Positions 52,901 through 64,000 of a stretch of 64,000 nucleotides of DNA are shown here, piece by piece. A model generated the notes under the pieces. The model saw nothing but the letters and a program-made list of their open reading frames with translations, was not told the DNA's origin and did no database searches. This DNA comes from the human T2T-CHM13v2.0 reference genome, Homo sapiens. How positions within the stretch are numbered: position 1 is the first letter of the stretch; each line of letters starts with the position of its first letter. The stretch lies in assembly GCF_009914755.1 (NCBI RefSeq), contig NC_060932.1, one strand, 5' to 3'. Both the position numbers and the translations under genes were made by a program.

Positions 52901-53534
52901 CCCTTCACCCGGGGGTATTTCTTGCCTCTCTGGGGTGCCCCCCACGCACTCTGAGGTGGAAGCCAGGGACTCCACGGTACCACAGGGACTGGCGCAGGGC
53001 CTGCCAGGAAGGAACTGGCCTCCAGGGAAAGATCCCAGCCTCCTCTTCGGAGTCACTGCTTTTCCCCCCCAGCCTGCCTCAACCTTTCCCTGAAAGCCTG
53101 CAAGTTTGACGTCCTGCCCCATCACCCAGAGGGACTTCTTGCCGCTTTGGGGTGCAACCTGTCGGAAAGACACGTAACCCCGGTGTAGGAGCCAAGGACT
53201 CCAAGCTCCCCGCTCCCTTCGGATCCAGTGCAGTTCCTGCCAGGAAGGCATTGGCCTCTGGGGAAGGACCCCAGCCTCCTCTTCTGCCTGCCTGCTTTTT
53301 TTTTCTTGGTCTGCCTCAGCGATCCCCTGAAAGCCTGCAAGCCTGGCGTCCTGTCCCTGTCTCTCGAAGGGACTTCTTGCCGCCTTGTGGTGCCCACGAG
53401 GCGCCCTGGGTTGAAAGCCAGCAACTCCACAGCACCCCGGGTTCAGGCGCAGGGCCTGCTGGGAAGGCACTGGCTTCCGCGGGACGACCCCAGCCTTCTC
53501 TTTGGCCTCACCGCTTTTTTTCCCCACCCTGCCT
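46990..53534. repeat. Gamma-satellite (GSAT/GSATX-like) array, ~30 monomers of 196-236 bp
   Basis: Anchor ggaaggcactggcc recurs from 47051 to 53467 at a ~220-bp period; GC/CpG-rich; reverse complement contains GGGGGACGTTGAGGCAGG typical of gamma satellites. Confidence 0.88.
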
Positions 53535-54059
53535 TGTTGTGACCAAGTGAGTTATAGAGAAACGCCACATTTTGAGACAAATTAAAGAGTCCTTTAATAG
53601 CCGGCGACCGAGAGGCAGCTAACTTTCAAAATTCTCTTGGCCCCGAGGAAGGTGCTAGTTTTGTTTTTATACCGTGGTCTAAATAGGGGATGGGGAATTT
53701 TAGCTGAAGCAATTTTTACAGGAGAACTGGCAAAAAGTTAAAAAATTAATTGGTTACAAATGCAGTTACAAAAAATAAACAGTTCCAGGTGCAGAGGCTT
53801 AAACTACCACAAAGAGATAAATGCAGGGGTTTTGGGTGCCATCCACCGAGCGCATCCCCAGGAGCTGCTGGTGCAGCTTGCCTCAATATCTTATCAGTAG
53901 ATGCATTCCTGGATGTGCTTTGAGTCAGTTTTACACTAGTTATGCCTTAAGGGAGGGCGGTGAAAGGGGGTTGCAAATGAAGAAACTGAAACGGAATCTG
54001 TTCGGCTCTCTCTCTGCTAGGAGAGAGTCACTCAGTTAAAAAAAAGGTAGGGTATCACA
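53535..54059 (-). repeat. 3' LTR (LTR6-type)
   Basis: Direct repeat of 62920-63447; TG..CA ends; preceded on the minus strand by polypurine tract gagtggggaa. Confidence 0.95.
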
Positions 54060-54082
54060 TTCCCCACTCATGTTTTGGGGAA

Positions 54083-55974
54083 TCAAATCATTGATTCTTC
54101 AGTTATACCAAGGGGGTTATACTCGGTTCTGAGATACATAAGTTTGACAGAAGCTATGCACTGTTTTACAAAGTTAAGGAACCAATTTAACATACAAGTC
54201 CTGAAGATTAAACTTAACAAGAGGAGGAGAAGGGGTCCTGCCAGTACAGTAATCAGAATAGTTAGCCATGGATTCCAGTTGAACATGCTTTGATACCAGG
54301 GGGTGTTACTTTCTCGTTCTTGTTGGAGTCTATCTATATTTTCTCGAACTCTTTGGAGGGTATCTTTTATGACTCCAGACTGATTGGCATAGAAAAAGCA
54401 ACACTCTCCTAGGGCTGCACATAATTCTCCTTGGGAAGGAAATAGTAGATCTAAGCCTTGGTGGTTTTTGAAGAACTACTTCAGCTAGAGACTCTACCTG
54501 GGTATGTAACATATTTATGGCTGACTAGAGATTGCTTAAATCAGCATCTACTTGCTGAGACAGGGACATTAATCCAGTTTCTCCCTGAACTAGGGCAGCC
54601 ATGCCAATGCCTGCTGACCCAGCTATGCTAAGGCTAGCTAGGAGGGGTACTAAGAGTGGGGCAGCTTGGCGAAACTTGGAAGGCAATTCAGGGGGAGCAA
54701 TAAGAAGTTCTCCTTCTGGCCCACTGTACACATAGACCTGGCGGAGTACATGAACTAACACACACAGAAGAGGTCCATGTTCAGTCCCATTGATGCAGTG
54801 AGTGAGGCCTGAAGTACAAGCCAACCAGGTGTTGTTAGGTGCCTGGTAGGAAACTGAGGTGTTTAAGGAAGTAAGTAGCGATTGATTACAGGTGGCCTGA
54901 AAGGGAGAAGCAGATAAGTTATACCCATTGCTAATTAGACAGGAGGCATTCCCCTACATGTCTCCTAATGTAAGGGCATGGGGTCGTGTATGACAAAAGA
55001 GAGAGTTAACCTTGAACATGGCCTCTACTCCTAAACCAACATTATATGGGGATTTTGCTGTCAGGCACAACCAACAATCTTGGGCTAGTTTTGGCTGGGT
55101 GAGGTTAAGGAGGTGATGCACTCCATCCAGAATGGACATCAGGCCGGGTTGGAGATGCTGTCGTTGTAATTGGGATTTAGGAACCAAGAGTGGTGGGACA
55201 GTTAAATCGACCCTGTCTGGGTGTTTTTGGAACATAGGGTCACCTAAATCAGTTAGAGGTCCGATTGGCTTAGGAGGGCTCCACGGGACCAGGACATTTT
55301 TCTGAATGGTGAACATAGTTCCAACATCAAATCCTGAGATATAAAGTCTTAATCCCCATTACATGCCATAATACCATTGAGCTGAATTAGGGTTACGGAC
55401 AGTTATAGGAAGAGGGTTGCAGTTCCTTAGAGTGCACGGTCTAGGACAGGAAGAGCGAGTTATGGAGAGGGTTGAGGACTGGGTTGATCCTCCAGAGTAA
55501 GTGGCCAGGGTTACACACAAGCAGTTAGGGCAGAAAAACTGATAGGAATCTCAACAACTGGGTCAGGGTGATTTCCAGTACAGGGGTAAAAATCAACGCT
55601 CTGGAGTCCTTTTTCTGCACCTTTAGAGCTCCCTCATCCAGTCCGGCTTCCTGTGTGTCCGAATCCTGCAGCCAGGTCAATGTTTCCTGCTCCTATGACC
55701 AGCAGATTGCATTGCTTTTCATGGGTATGGGCAGGCTCTGGGAATAAGCACATAAATCAACTGCAAAAGAGACTTTTTTGGAGCTTCCTGCCTTCCAAGT
55801 AGTGTTTGCAAATACACGTCCTGTCATGAAAGAAGTAAGGAGAAAAGAGTAGGATGGAGCAGAAGGCATGACAGGCGGGAACACACAAAAGAGGTAAATA
55901 AAAGGAATTAATTTGATGGCTTCAAGTGACTTAGGTGCAGTTTTAAGGGGCCTGGCCCAGGCTTGGGGATCCAT
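54083..55974 (-). pseudogene. env: HERV-T env, disrupted
   Basis: Signal peptide MDPQAWARPLKTAPK, QDCWLCL CXXC motif, fusion peptide APLLVPLLA, immunosuppressive domain LAEVVLQ (frameshifted), TM WLTILITVLAGPLL; stops at 54954 and 54525. Confidence 0.93.
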
Positions 55975-58900
55975 GTTTCTTGCTGGGCTTTGCTAGCCTT
56001 TTTGATGAGAGAGTGATGAATCCAGGCAGGAATGCCATCCACCTTTAGAGCTGTCAGCGTGGTGAGGATGACAGTATGAGTCCTTTCCAGGCAGGAATGA
56101 ATCCTTCTTTCTGGAACTTTTTATCGTACACCAGGTCACCCGGCTGGAAAGAGTGGCAGGGTCCCATCTGGTCAGGAACTGGATTTGGGCGTGCTCCCTG
56201 GACAAGTGCCTGGATGATGTCTCGTACCTGTTGGAGAGACTGCATGTACTGTAATAAGTTAGCTTGAGAGATTTCTGCTAAATGAGTGTCTCTCAACCTA
56301 GGCAGGATAGGTGGAGCCCTTCCATACATAATTTCAAAAGGTATAAACCCAGCTCAGTAAGGGGTGCATGTTACTCTAAGAAGGGCTAAACGAAGGATTC
56401 TCACCCAATTCTCACCCGTTTCTAGAATCAATTTTGTAAGAGTATTTTTTAGGGTGTGGTTCATGCGTTCTATCTATCCAGAGCTCTGGGGTCGGTAGGC
56501 ACAATGGAGTTTCCATTTGATGTTTAATGCCTTGCTGACCAACTGATGTATGGACTAGGTGAAGGCTGGCCCATTATCAGACCCTATGGCAACAGGCAAC
56601 CCATGTCTTGGGATGATTTCATTTAGTAAAAACTTAACTACCCTAGTGGCAGTTTTGTTTCTGGTGGCAAATGCCTCAGTCCACCCACAAAAGATGTCTA
56701 CTAGCACCAGGAGGTTCTTATACCCTGCCCAGTGTGGTTTAATTTCTGTAAAGTCAATTTCCCACCTTTCTCCTGGTGAGTCTCTGCAGAGATGGTGGCC
56801 TGGGCTGGGTTTGGGACCTTGCTTGGCATTTACCTGAGCACAAGCCATACACTGGAGAGCTGCTTGGTTAGCTAAGTCCTGAGGGTGGGGGATCTTGAAA
56901 CAGCTCCTTAGAAGCTGGGCCAATTTTACTCCTCCCAAATGGGTGGTAGAATGTAGACGATTGACTAGAGTTTTCCCAAGGGCTTGGGGTCTGAAGATTC
57001 TGGAATCAGGAATAATCCACCAACCTTCCTGATTTTTATTAGCCTAAAGATCTGAAGCCTGTTTGTCTTCTTCTGTGGAGTATTTTGGGTGATTTGGCAA
57101 GTCAGGCTGCAGAAAAGACATGGCGGGCAGTAGGACCAAGGGCACGACTGAGAGCTGAACAGCTTCTCGGGGCTGCAGAGTCTGCTTTGGTTACCACGGG
57201 CAATGGCTGTGTTTTCTCTTTGATGTCCTTTGCAGTGAATTACAGCCACCTGCTGAGGAAGCCAAACAGCTTCAAGAAAGGCTAAAATTTCTTCTTTGTT
57301 TTTAATAGACTTTCCTGCTGAGGTGAGTAGCCCATGCTCTTGACAGATGGCTCCATGTACATGTACAGTAGCAAAAGCATATCTGCTGTCAGTGTTAATG
57401 TTAATACATTTGTCCTTACCCCATGGGAGAGCCTGAGTGAGGGCCATCAGTTCAGCCTTCTGGGCTGAAGTATTTGCTGGCAATGCCTGGGCCCATAGCA
57501 CATCCAACTCCATGGTAATGGCCGCACCAGCCTTCTGTACTCCTTGTTCAAGGACGCTGCTATCGTCTGTAAATAAGGTGACCTCCACTTTCTTTAGGGG
57601 CACATCTTGGAGATCAGGTCGGCCAGTTTTGGTAGTTTCTAACAGTTCCTGGCAGTCATGGACAGGTGTAGTGAACTCTGGATCAGGAAGTAAAGTAGCT
57701 GGATTTAAACACCTTGTGGGAGAGAAGTCAAATGAGGCTGATCTAACAGTAAACTCTGATACTGTAGGATACGAGCATTTGACATCCATTTGCTAGAAGC
57801 ACTTTGTAGCAAAGTCTCTACAGCATGTGGAGCTGTAAGGGTTAAATTTTGGCCTAGAGTCAATTTGTCAGCCTCTTGGACTAGGCTTGCTGTTGCTGCC
57901 ATGACTCACAGACAGCTTGGCCATCCAGAGGCCATAGGGTCCAGTCTCTCAGACAAATAGGCTACTGGGCGTCTCCAGGGTCCTAAAGTCTGAGTGAGCG
58001 CCCCCTTAGCAACTCCCTGGCTTTCATGAATAAAAAGGTGAAATGGTTTTGAGATATCAGGGAGGGCTAGAGCGGGGGCCTCAGTTAGTGCCTTTTTCAG
58101 GTTTTTGAAAGCCTGTTCTTCAGTGTCAGTCCAAACTAGTGGGCCATTCCTTCCAGTAGTGGTGTACAGGACTTTGGCAATTTCTGCAAACCCTAATATC
58201 TACAGGCGACAGTATCCCACAGCCCCCAGGAATTCACGTACCTGTCTTTTGGTGGTGGGAGTGGGGATTCGCAGAATGGCTTCCTTATAAGCACTGGTGA
58301 GTGCCCATTTTCCTTTATCTCATACCCTAGGTAGGAGACTCTGTGAAGACAAAGCTGGGCCTTTTTGGCTGAGACTCGAAACCCGAGTTCCTGAAGGAGG
58401 TAAAGTAAGTCTCTAGTATGTTGCAGGCAGCTGTCAGAGGTTTCAGTAGCTAATAAAAGGTCATCTATGTACTGAAGAAGGGTACAATTAGGGTGTCTGG
58501 CTCAAAATGGTACAAGATCCTGTTGGATGGCTTCCCCAAAAAGGGTGGGGGAATTTTTAAAACCTTGAGGTAACCGAGTCCATGTCAATTGGGTGGTGTC
58601 TCCTTAGCCAGGATCTGTCCATTCAAAGGAAAATATAGGTTGGCTTTTGAGGGCCAGAGGAATAGCAAAGAAATCATCTTTTAAGTCAAGGACAGTGTAC
58701 ACTGTGTGTTCTGGTGGGAGCAGGCTGAGTAAAGTATAAGGGTTAGGGACTGTAGGGTGGACAGTGACTGTCCATCTGTTAACTTCCTTTAAATCCTGTA
58801 CAGGCTGGTAGTCATTTGTTCCGGGTTTTTGGACCAGCAACAATGGAGTGTTCCAGGTGGACTGACATGGTGTAAGTATGCCAGCCTGTAACAGTTGCTG

Positions 58901-59520
58901 AATATGGGGGTTGATTCCTTCCCTAGCCCATTGACTCATAGGATATGCTTTACCTGGACTGGCAAGGCAGTGGCCAGGAGTTCTACTACCACTGGCGGAT
59001 GGTGCTTAGCCAGTCCCAGGAGGTTTGACTCAGCCCAGACCTGAGGAAAGAGAGTCTGTAAGCCCAGTAAGAGAGGATTAGTTTTATTCTCCAGTGGTTG
59101 TGAAGGTGAAACTAAGAGATATTCTTCTGACAGAGGGGTGGTTAGCAGGAGCTGAGCAGTGGGAGGTGTTGTGTCTCTTAGCATGAGGTGAGCTTGTTGG
59201 GCTGAGATGGAAATAGATGCCTGCAGCTTGTGGAGCATGTCTCTTCCTAGGAGGGGAAAGGGACACTCTGTGACCATGAGGAATGAGTGGGTTACTCTTT
59301 TCTGTCCTAAACTCACCTCTTGTGAGTGGGTGACAGGATATTCTTGAATCACTCCAGTAGCCCCTTGTACAGCAACTTTCTTATTAGAGACACTGCCTAG
59401 CGGAATCTGCAATACCAAGTGTTCCACCCCAGTGTCAATTAGGAAGTGTACAGGCTGGCCCCCTACTGTGGCGGTCACCATGGGCTCCCAGGGGCCAAGT
59501 GGAAAGGAGCCCTGGCCCCG
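55908..59520 (-). pseudogene. pol: HERV-T pro-pol (PR, RT, RNase H, IN), disrupted
   Basis: FLIDTG protease, LDLKD, LPQG and YIDD (~58460-58472) RT motifs, NTDSRYAF RNase H, WEIDFTE/SDNGPAF integrase; many frameshifts and stops. Confidence 0.95.
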
Positions 59521-61076
59521 TCACTCATGAGATTCCTCCACAAAAGGGAGGGTGAGGACTTTTTTCTCTTCTGGTTTTTCCTCTGGTCTTAACGGGCATT
59601 CCTTTTTCCAGTGTCCCATCTGCTTGCAATAAGCGCATTGGTTTTTCTCCAGGGGAGCCCGGTCCCCTTTCTGGCTTTTTTGGTGGGGACCTGGGGTTCC
59701 CTGACCATTTTTCTGTGACAGGGGCTTTTCTTTCTTGACTTCATGAATGGCAGCCACTATGATTTTTGCCTGTCTTTTTGATGCTTTGTCAGCAGGCTTT
59801 TCAGCTGCCTGAGCTGCCTGTTTCTGCTTTTCAAACTCTCAGTTGTCAAAAACCTTTTGGGCTATCTCTAAAAGCTGACTGATGTTCATTCCAGCAAATC
59901 CCTCTAGCTTTTGCAATTTTCTTTTAATGTCAGGGGCTGCCTGAGCCACAAATGCCAAATTAAGAGCACAGCTATTTTCGGGAGCCATTGGGTCAAAAGG
60001 GGTGTAAGTCTGATAGGCCTCCTGGAGGCTTTCCTAAAATGCTCCTGGTGACTTGTCAGGCCCCTGGACAACTTCAGTTGTCTTAGACAAATTTATGGGT
60101 TTTTGAGTGGCTCCTTTGACACCCACAAGGAGATACCGGTGAAAATCGTCTAAGGCTCTCCTTCCACCTGAGGAATTTGGGTCCTAATTAGGCTGGGTAG
60201 AGGGAAAAGCCTCTTCAATTTGGTCTCAGGCTTCCTCTTCTGGCCCACCAGCTGATGTAAGGTAATACTTTCTGGCCTCCCTTCCCATACACTCCCTCTC
60301 TTCAGAGGTGAAAAGGGTTAAAAGTAGTTGCTGACAGTCCTCCCAGGTGCGGCAGTGAGTCTGGAGCACGGACTCCATTAGTGAGGTCAAAACCTGTGGC
60401 TTTTCAGAAAAAGGGGGATTATGAGGCTTCCAGTTGTACAGGTCAGAGGTAGAAAAAGGGACAAACTAAGAAGGGAGCTGAGTGCTCTCTCCCAAATATT
60501 TTGGGTCTCTCTCAGTGGGAGGAGGGGGGCTACCTCCTCCTGCCTTGGCCACAATCGGGAAGCTATGGGTGGAGAGCCCACAGGAGATGTAGTCGAGGAA
60601 ACAAGGGAAGAATCCGGGGGAGAAGGAGGGTTATAGGGTGGCAGAACTGGGAGAGGAAAACTTTCCTCTTCCTCAGAAGAAGGCAGTACAGGAGGAGCCG
60701 AGGGGACTCAGGGTCAGGGTAAAAATGTGGACCGGCTCAAAAGGACCCTGGAAATGGGATCATGAATGGCACATGAGTGGAGCCAGGGAGGAGGGCCCCG
60801 TACCAAATCCAGCCACTGATCAATGTAGGGAAACTGATTGGGGTGACCGGGACTTCCAGTAATGACCTGCCACACATCCTGAACACATGTGGGGTTAAAT
60901 GACCCTTCTGTGGGCCATCTGGTTCCAAACTGTGGCCATTCTACTTCACAGAGTGTCCAGAGTTTGCCTTTCTTCAGGCAGACTCCATAATCTTCTGAGA
61001 AGTCTACAGAGAAATTCTGCAATATACATTGGAGAGGACTCTACTCTTTACAGGGCCAGGAAGAGGAGTTTCCTAT
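59521..61076 (-). pseudogene. gag: HERV-T gag, disrupted
   Basis: Gammaretroviral matrix (LCEVEWPQF..WPTEGSF), PPY late-domain remnant, CAYCKQMGHWKKEC zinc knuckle; probable start codon mutated to ATA at 61074-61076. Confidence 0.92.
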
Positions 61077-62440
61077 TTTGGAGGCAGTTTAACAAGGTTG
61101 AACAGAGATATTAAACCCAGCATGGACAGAGAAATTCACAACCTGGGGGACTGGCATATTGGAAGAAGGGAAATAACACAACCAGAAAGAGCAGGAAAAC
61201 CACTACAGCTAAGACTTCCTGACATATGAAGTAGGTATTCTTAAGCTTCAAGATTTAGGGGGGAAGATTAGCAACCAACCCGAGGCCTCCTTGGCTGGCA
61301 GGACCTAGATGACCTCCTTCCTTCCCTTGACATATAGCCCAGGTATTTTTGGTGTCTCCATGATTCAAAGACAAAAAGTTCAAACTCGGCCCTTTCTTTC
61401 AAGGGTTTTAGGAGGGAGAGCAGGGCTAAATCTTGGAGGCTCTGGACTTGCTGTGACACAGGAAAATGAGATGTGTGGGGAAGGGATAAGGATGAGGGGG
61501 AAAGGGCCCACTTGGATCTCTCCTAAGGTAGGAGAGTAGCCACCGGGGAACAGAATAGGAGTCCAGATGGAGTAAAGCAGTATGAGCGTAGGCTTCTCTG
61601 CACAGTCTTCTATTCAAAGGCACGGGAAACGTTACAGGATGACAGAAAAGGTGGGCAAGGAGGCCTGCAGGGTGACTATTTTGGATCCACCACTGATCTA
61701 ATCGGGAGGCTGTCCAGTCACTAGAGTGTGGGATGTGGCAATCTAAATTCCAGCAGACTTTATGGTGCCAGAAATTCCAAATGGGCGAGTGTTTCCCACA
61801 CTTCTTCCCGTAACAACACTTGATTTCTTTCTGACAGAAAAGGCAGGACTGGGACGGCCAGCCCAAATGACTGATGAGGTATTTGACCTCCTGTGGTAGA
61901 AAATCAGCACTGAGGACCTTGAAGAATTTCTTTCCTAGTTGCCTTGGACAGCACTGGCGACCTGACTATGAAACTTAGACTGACACTAAACAAGACAATA
62001 GACACCGAGCAGGACAATAAACATAAAACAAACAACAGACCCTAGGGTATAAGAACAATTATGGCAGTTTTTATTAAATAGACAAGGGGAGGGGGTCCGG
62101 TGATGGGATCAGTCAGATGCCCGCCTGGCCACTCTCCCTGAGGGGACTTGGGCTCCTCTTAGCATTGGCAGGCTGGTATAAACCCCCGGCTCGGATCGAG
62201 CTATGCTCAGTGCTGCCTTAAGCCTTATGAGGTCACCATGGAACTACAGGTGCGGGCCCACTCGAACTCCATAGCTTTTGCCGTGGAGCTACAAACTGGA
62301 AGTTCAAGTGCAAGCCCTTGACTTCCCCATCCACTCACCATTCACACAAAGTTTATAATAGTTTTTTTTTTTTTGCCATAAAACAGAAGTCTTATGGAAA
62401 CCTGAACGTGAAAGGGAGGAGAGATAGAGAAAGAGAGAGC

Positions 62441-62471
<31 letters not shown>

Positions 62472-62709
62472 CTAGTCTTTAATGGAGAGGCCAGCCTGCC
62501 AGAAACCAGGACTCAGTCCTCCAGCATCCTGGAATATGGATTGAGTCAAGGGAGGGCCCCCGTCAGGGCCGCTTCCCTCCCAGAGAGACACAGAGGCACC
62601 TAACAGAAAATCAGGACTCTGTCCTCCAGTGTGCTGGAATGCGGGCAGAGTCAAAGAGGGAGGGCCCTGTCAGAGCCATTTCCCTCCCAGAGAAACAGAG
62701 TCAGATATG

Positions 62710-62720
62710 ACTTACCTTCC
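62710..62720 (-). promoter_or_regulatory. Probable proviral major splice donor
   Basis: Consensus aag|gtaagt on the minus strand, ~200 nt downstream of the primer binding site. Confidence 0.65.
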
Positions 62721-62899
62721 CGGGACCAGAGGACTCAGGAGTTGAATTTTTCTGGGCACACACCAGTGGTCGATCCATTCCCCTCCAGAAGACAGGGTCT
62801 TATGGGGCCCTGGAACGTCTTCAGGGGGCGCCTCCCCTATAAGTCCACTGTCTGTCTGGGGGAACCTGGAATGAGTCCGGCTCTTGCCCAGTGGCGAAT

Positions 62900-62917
62900 A
62901 TCTCACTGGGGCCTCCA
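62900..62917 (-). promoter_or_regulatory. Primer binding site, tRNA-Thr
   Basis: tggaggccccagtgagat starts 2 nt after the 5' LTR; complementary, with one mismatch, to the tRNA-Thr 3' end ...TCTCGCTGGGGCCTCCA. Confidence 0.9.
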
Positions 62918-62919
62918 AA

Positions 62920-63447
62920 TGTTGTGACCAAGCGAGTTATAGAGAAACGCCACACTTTGAGACAAATTAGAGTCCTTTATTAGCCAGTGACCAAGAGGCA
63001 GCTAACGCTCAAAATTCTCTTGGCCCTGAGGAAGGGGCTAGTTTTGTTTTTATACTGTGGTCTAAATAGGGGAGGGGGGATTTTAGCTGAAGCAATTTTT
63101 TACAGAAGCAGAACTGGCAAAAAGTTAAAAAATTAATTGGTTACAAATGCAATTACAAAAAATAAACAGTTCCAGGTGCAGGGGCTTAAACTATCACAAA
63201 GAGATAAATGCAGGGGTCTTGGGTGCCATCCACCCGAGCGCATCCCCAGGAGCTGCTGGTGCAGCTTGCCTCAATATCTTATCAGTAGACACATTCCTGG
63301 ACACACTTTGAGTCAGTTTTACACTAGTTATGCCTTAAGGGAGGGAGGTGAAAGGGGGTTGCAAGTGAAGAAACTAAAATGGAGTCTGTTCGGCTCTCTC
63401 TCTGCTAGGAGAGTGCCACTCAGTTTAAAACAAGGTAGGGTATCACA
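62920..63447 (-). repeat. 5' LTR (LTR6-type)
   Basis: tgtgataccctacc...tcacaaca on the minus strand, containing TATAAAA and AATAAA. Confidence 0.95.
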
Positions 63448-64000
63448 GCCTCAACGTCCCCCTGAAAGCCTGAAAGCCTGGCATCCTGCCCCATCACTCG
63501 GAGGGGGGAACTTCTTGCTGCATGGAGTGCCCCCCAAGCACCCTGGTGTGCGAGCCAGGTACTCCACGGCCCTCCAGGGTCTGGTGCAGGGCTTACTGGG
63601 AAGGCACTGGCATCCTGGGAAGGACCCCAACCTCCTCTTCTGTCTCGCTGCTTTTTATCCTTGGCCTGCCTCAATGTTCCCCTGAAAGCCTGCAGGCCTA
63701 TCGTCCTGTAACTATCACCTTGTGGGACTTCGTGCCGTGGAGTCCCCCCCGTCACCTCCGGGAGAGAGACATGCACCCTGGGGTGAAAGCCAGGGACTCC
63801 ACAGCCTGCCCATGTTTAGCGCAGGGCCTGCCGGGAAGGCACTGGCCTCGGGGGGGATGAACCCAGCCTCCTCTTCTGCCTCGCTGCTTTTTTTCCCCCA
63901 GCCTGCCACAACGTCCCCTTGAGAGCCTGCAAGGCTTGCGTCTTGTCCCCGTCACCAGGGGTGACTTCTTGTCACTTTGGGGTGCCCGCCACGCACCTTG
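63448..64000. repeat. Gamma-satellite array, continuing past the window edge
   Basis: The monomer resumes in register (gcctcaacgtccccctgaaagcc) after the TSD. Confidence 0.9.

Larger units (their letters stand above)
53535..63447 (-). mobile_element. Full-length defective HERV-T (S71) provirus
   Basis: Two LTRs, tRNA-Thr primer binding site, gag-pro-pol-env remnants, 4-bp TSD gcct (53531-53534 and 63448-63451). Confidence 0.95.

Noticed and set aside
46990-53534. CRISPR-like or repeat-spacer array
   Set aside because: Whole monomers are homologous with no unique spacers; primate DNA; no cas genes.
47068-53550. Long ORFs (up to 304 aa) on both strands
   Set aside because: By-products of GC-rich, stop-poor satellite; the translations repeat with the monomer in all frames.
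54083-55974. Co-opted functional Env
   Set aside because: At least two in-frame stops and several frameshifts, including early in SU and in the immunosuppressive domain.

Overview
Primate (catarrhine, probably hominoid) pericentromeric segmental-duplication DNA with no intact protein-coding gene that I can support. From left to right: (1) decayed 3' exons of an ANKRD18/ANKRD20A-like (ANKRD26 family) gene among L1, Alu, MLT1 and L2 repeats (to about 12.7 kb). (2) A GGTCAGT minisatellite module and a processed SNX18 pseudogene. (3) A 17-kb array (17023-34056) that appears to have grown in place from one MST/THE1-type MaLR insertion: a single ATTGA target-site duplication (TSD) flanks it, and it contains rearranged ~3.1-kb units plus later Alu, LTR10-like and LTR2 insertions. 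(4) A second copy of the minisatellite module, an LTR13 solo LTR, and TBC1D26/TBC1D3-like exons followed directly, in compatible splice phase, by CYP4F exons. (5) A GC-rich ~220-bp gamma-satellite array interrupted by a full-length defective HERV-T (S71/LTR6) provirus on the minus strand. Family names come from recognising sequence by eye and from memory, not from database searches; subfamily labels and some boundaries are approximate. I found no evidence of a wholly new biological system. The most unusual observations are the single-TSD MaLR array, the phase-compatible TBC-CYP4F exon junction, inverted repeats bracketing small exons, and conserved signals in the provirus.
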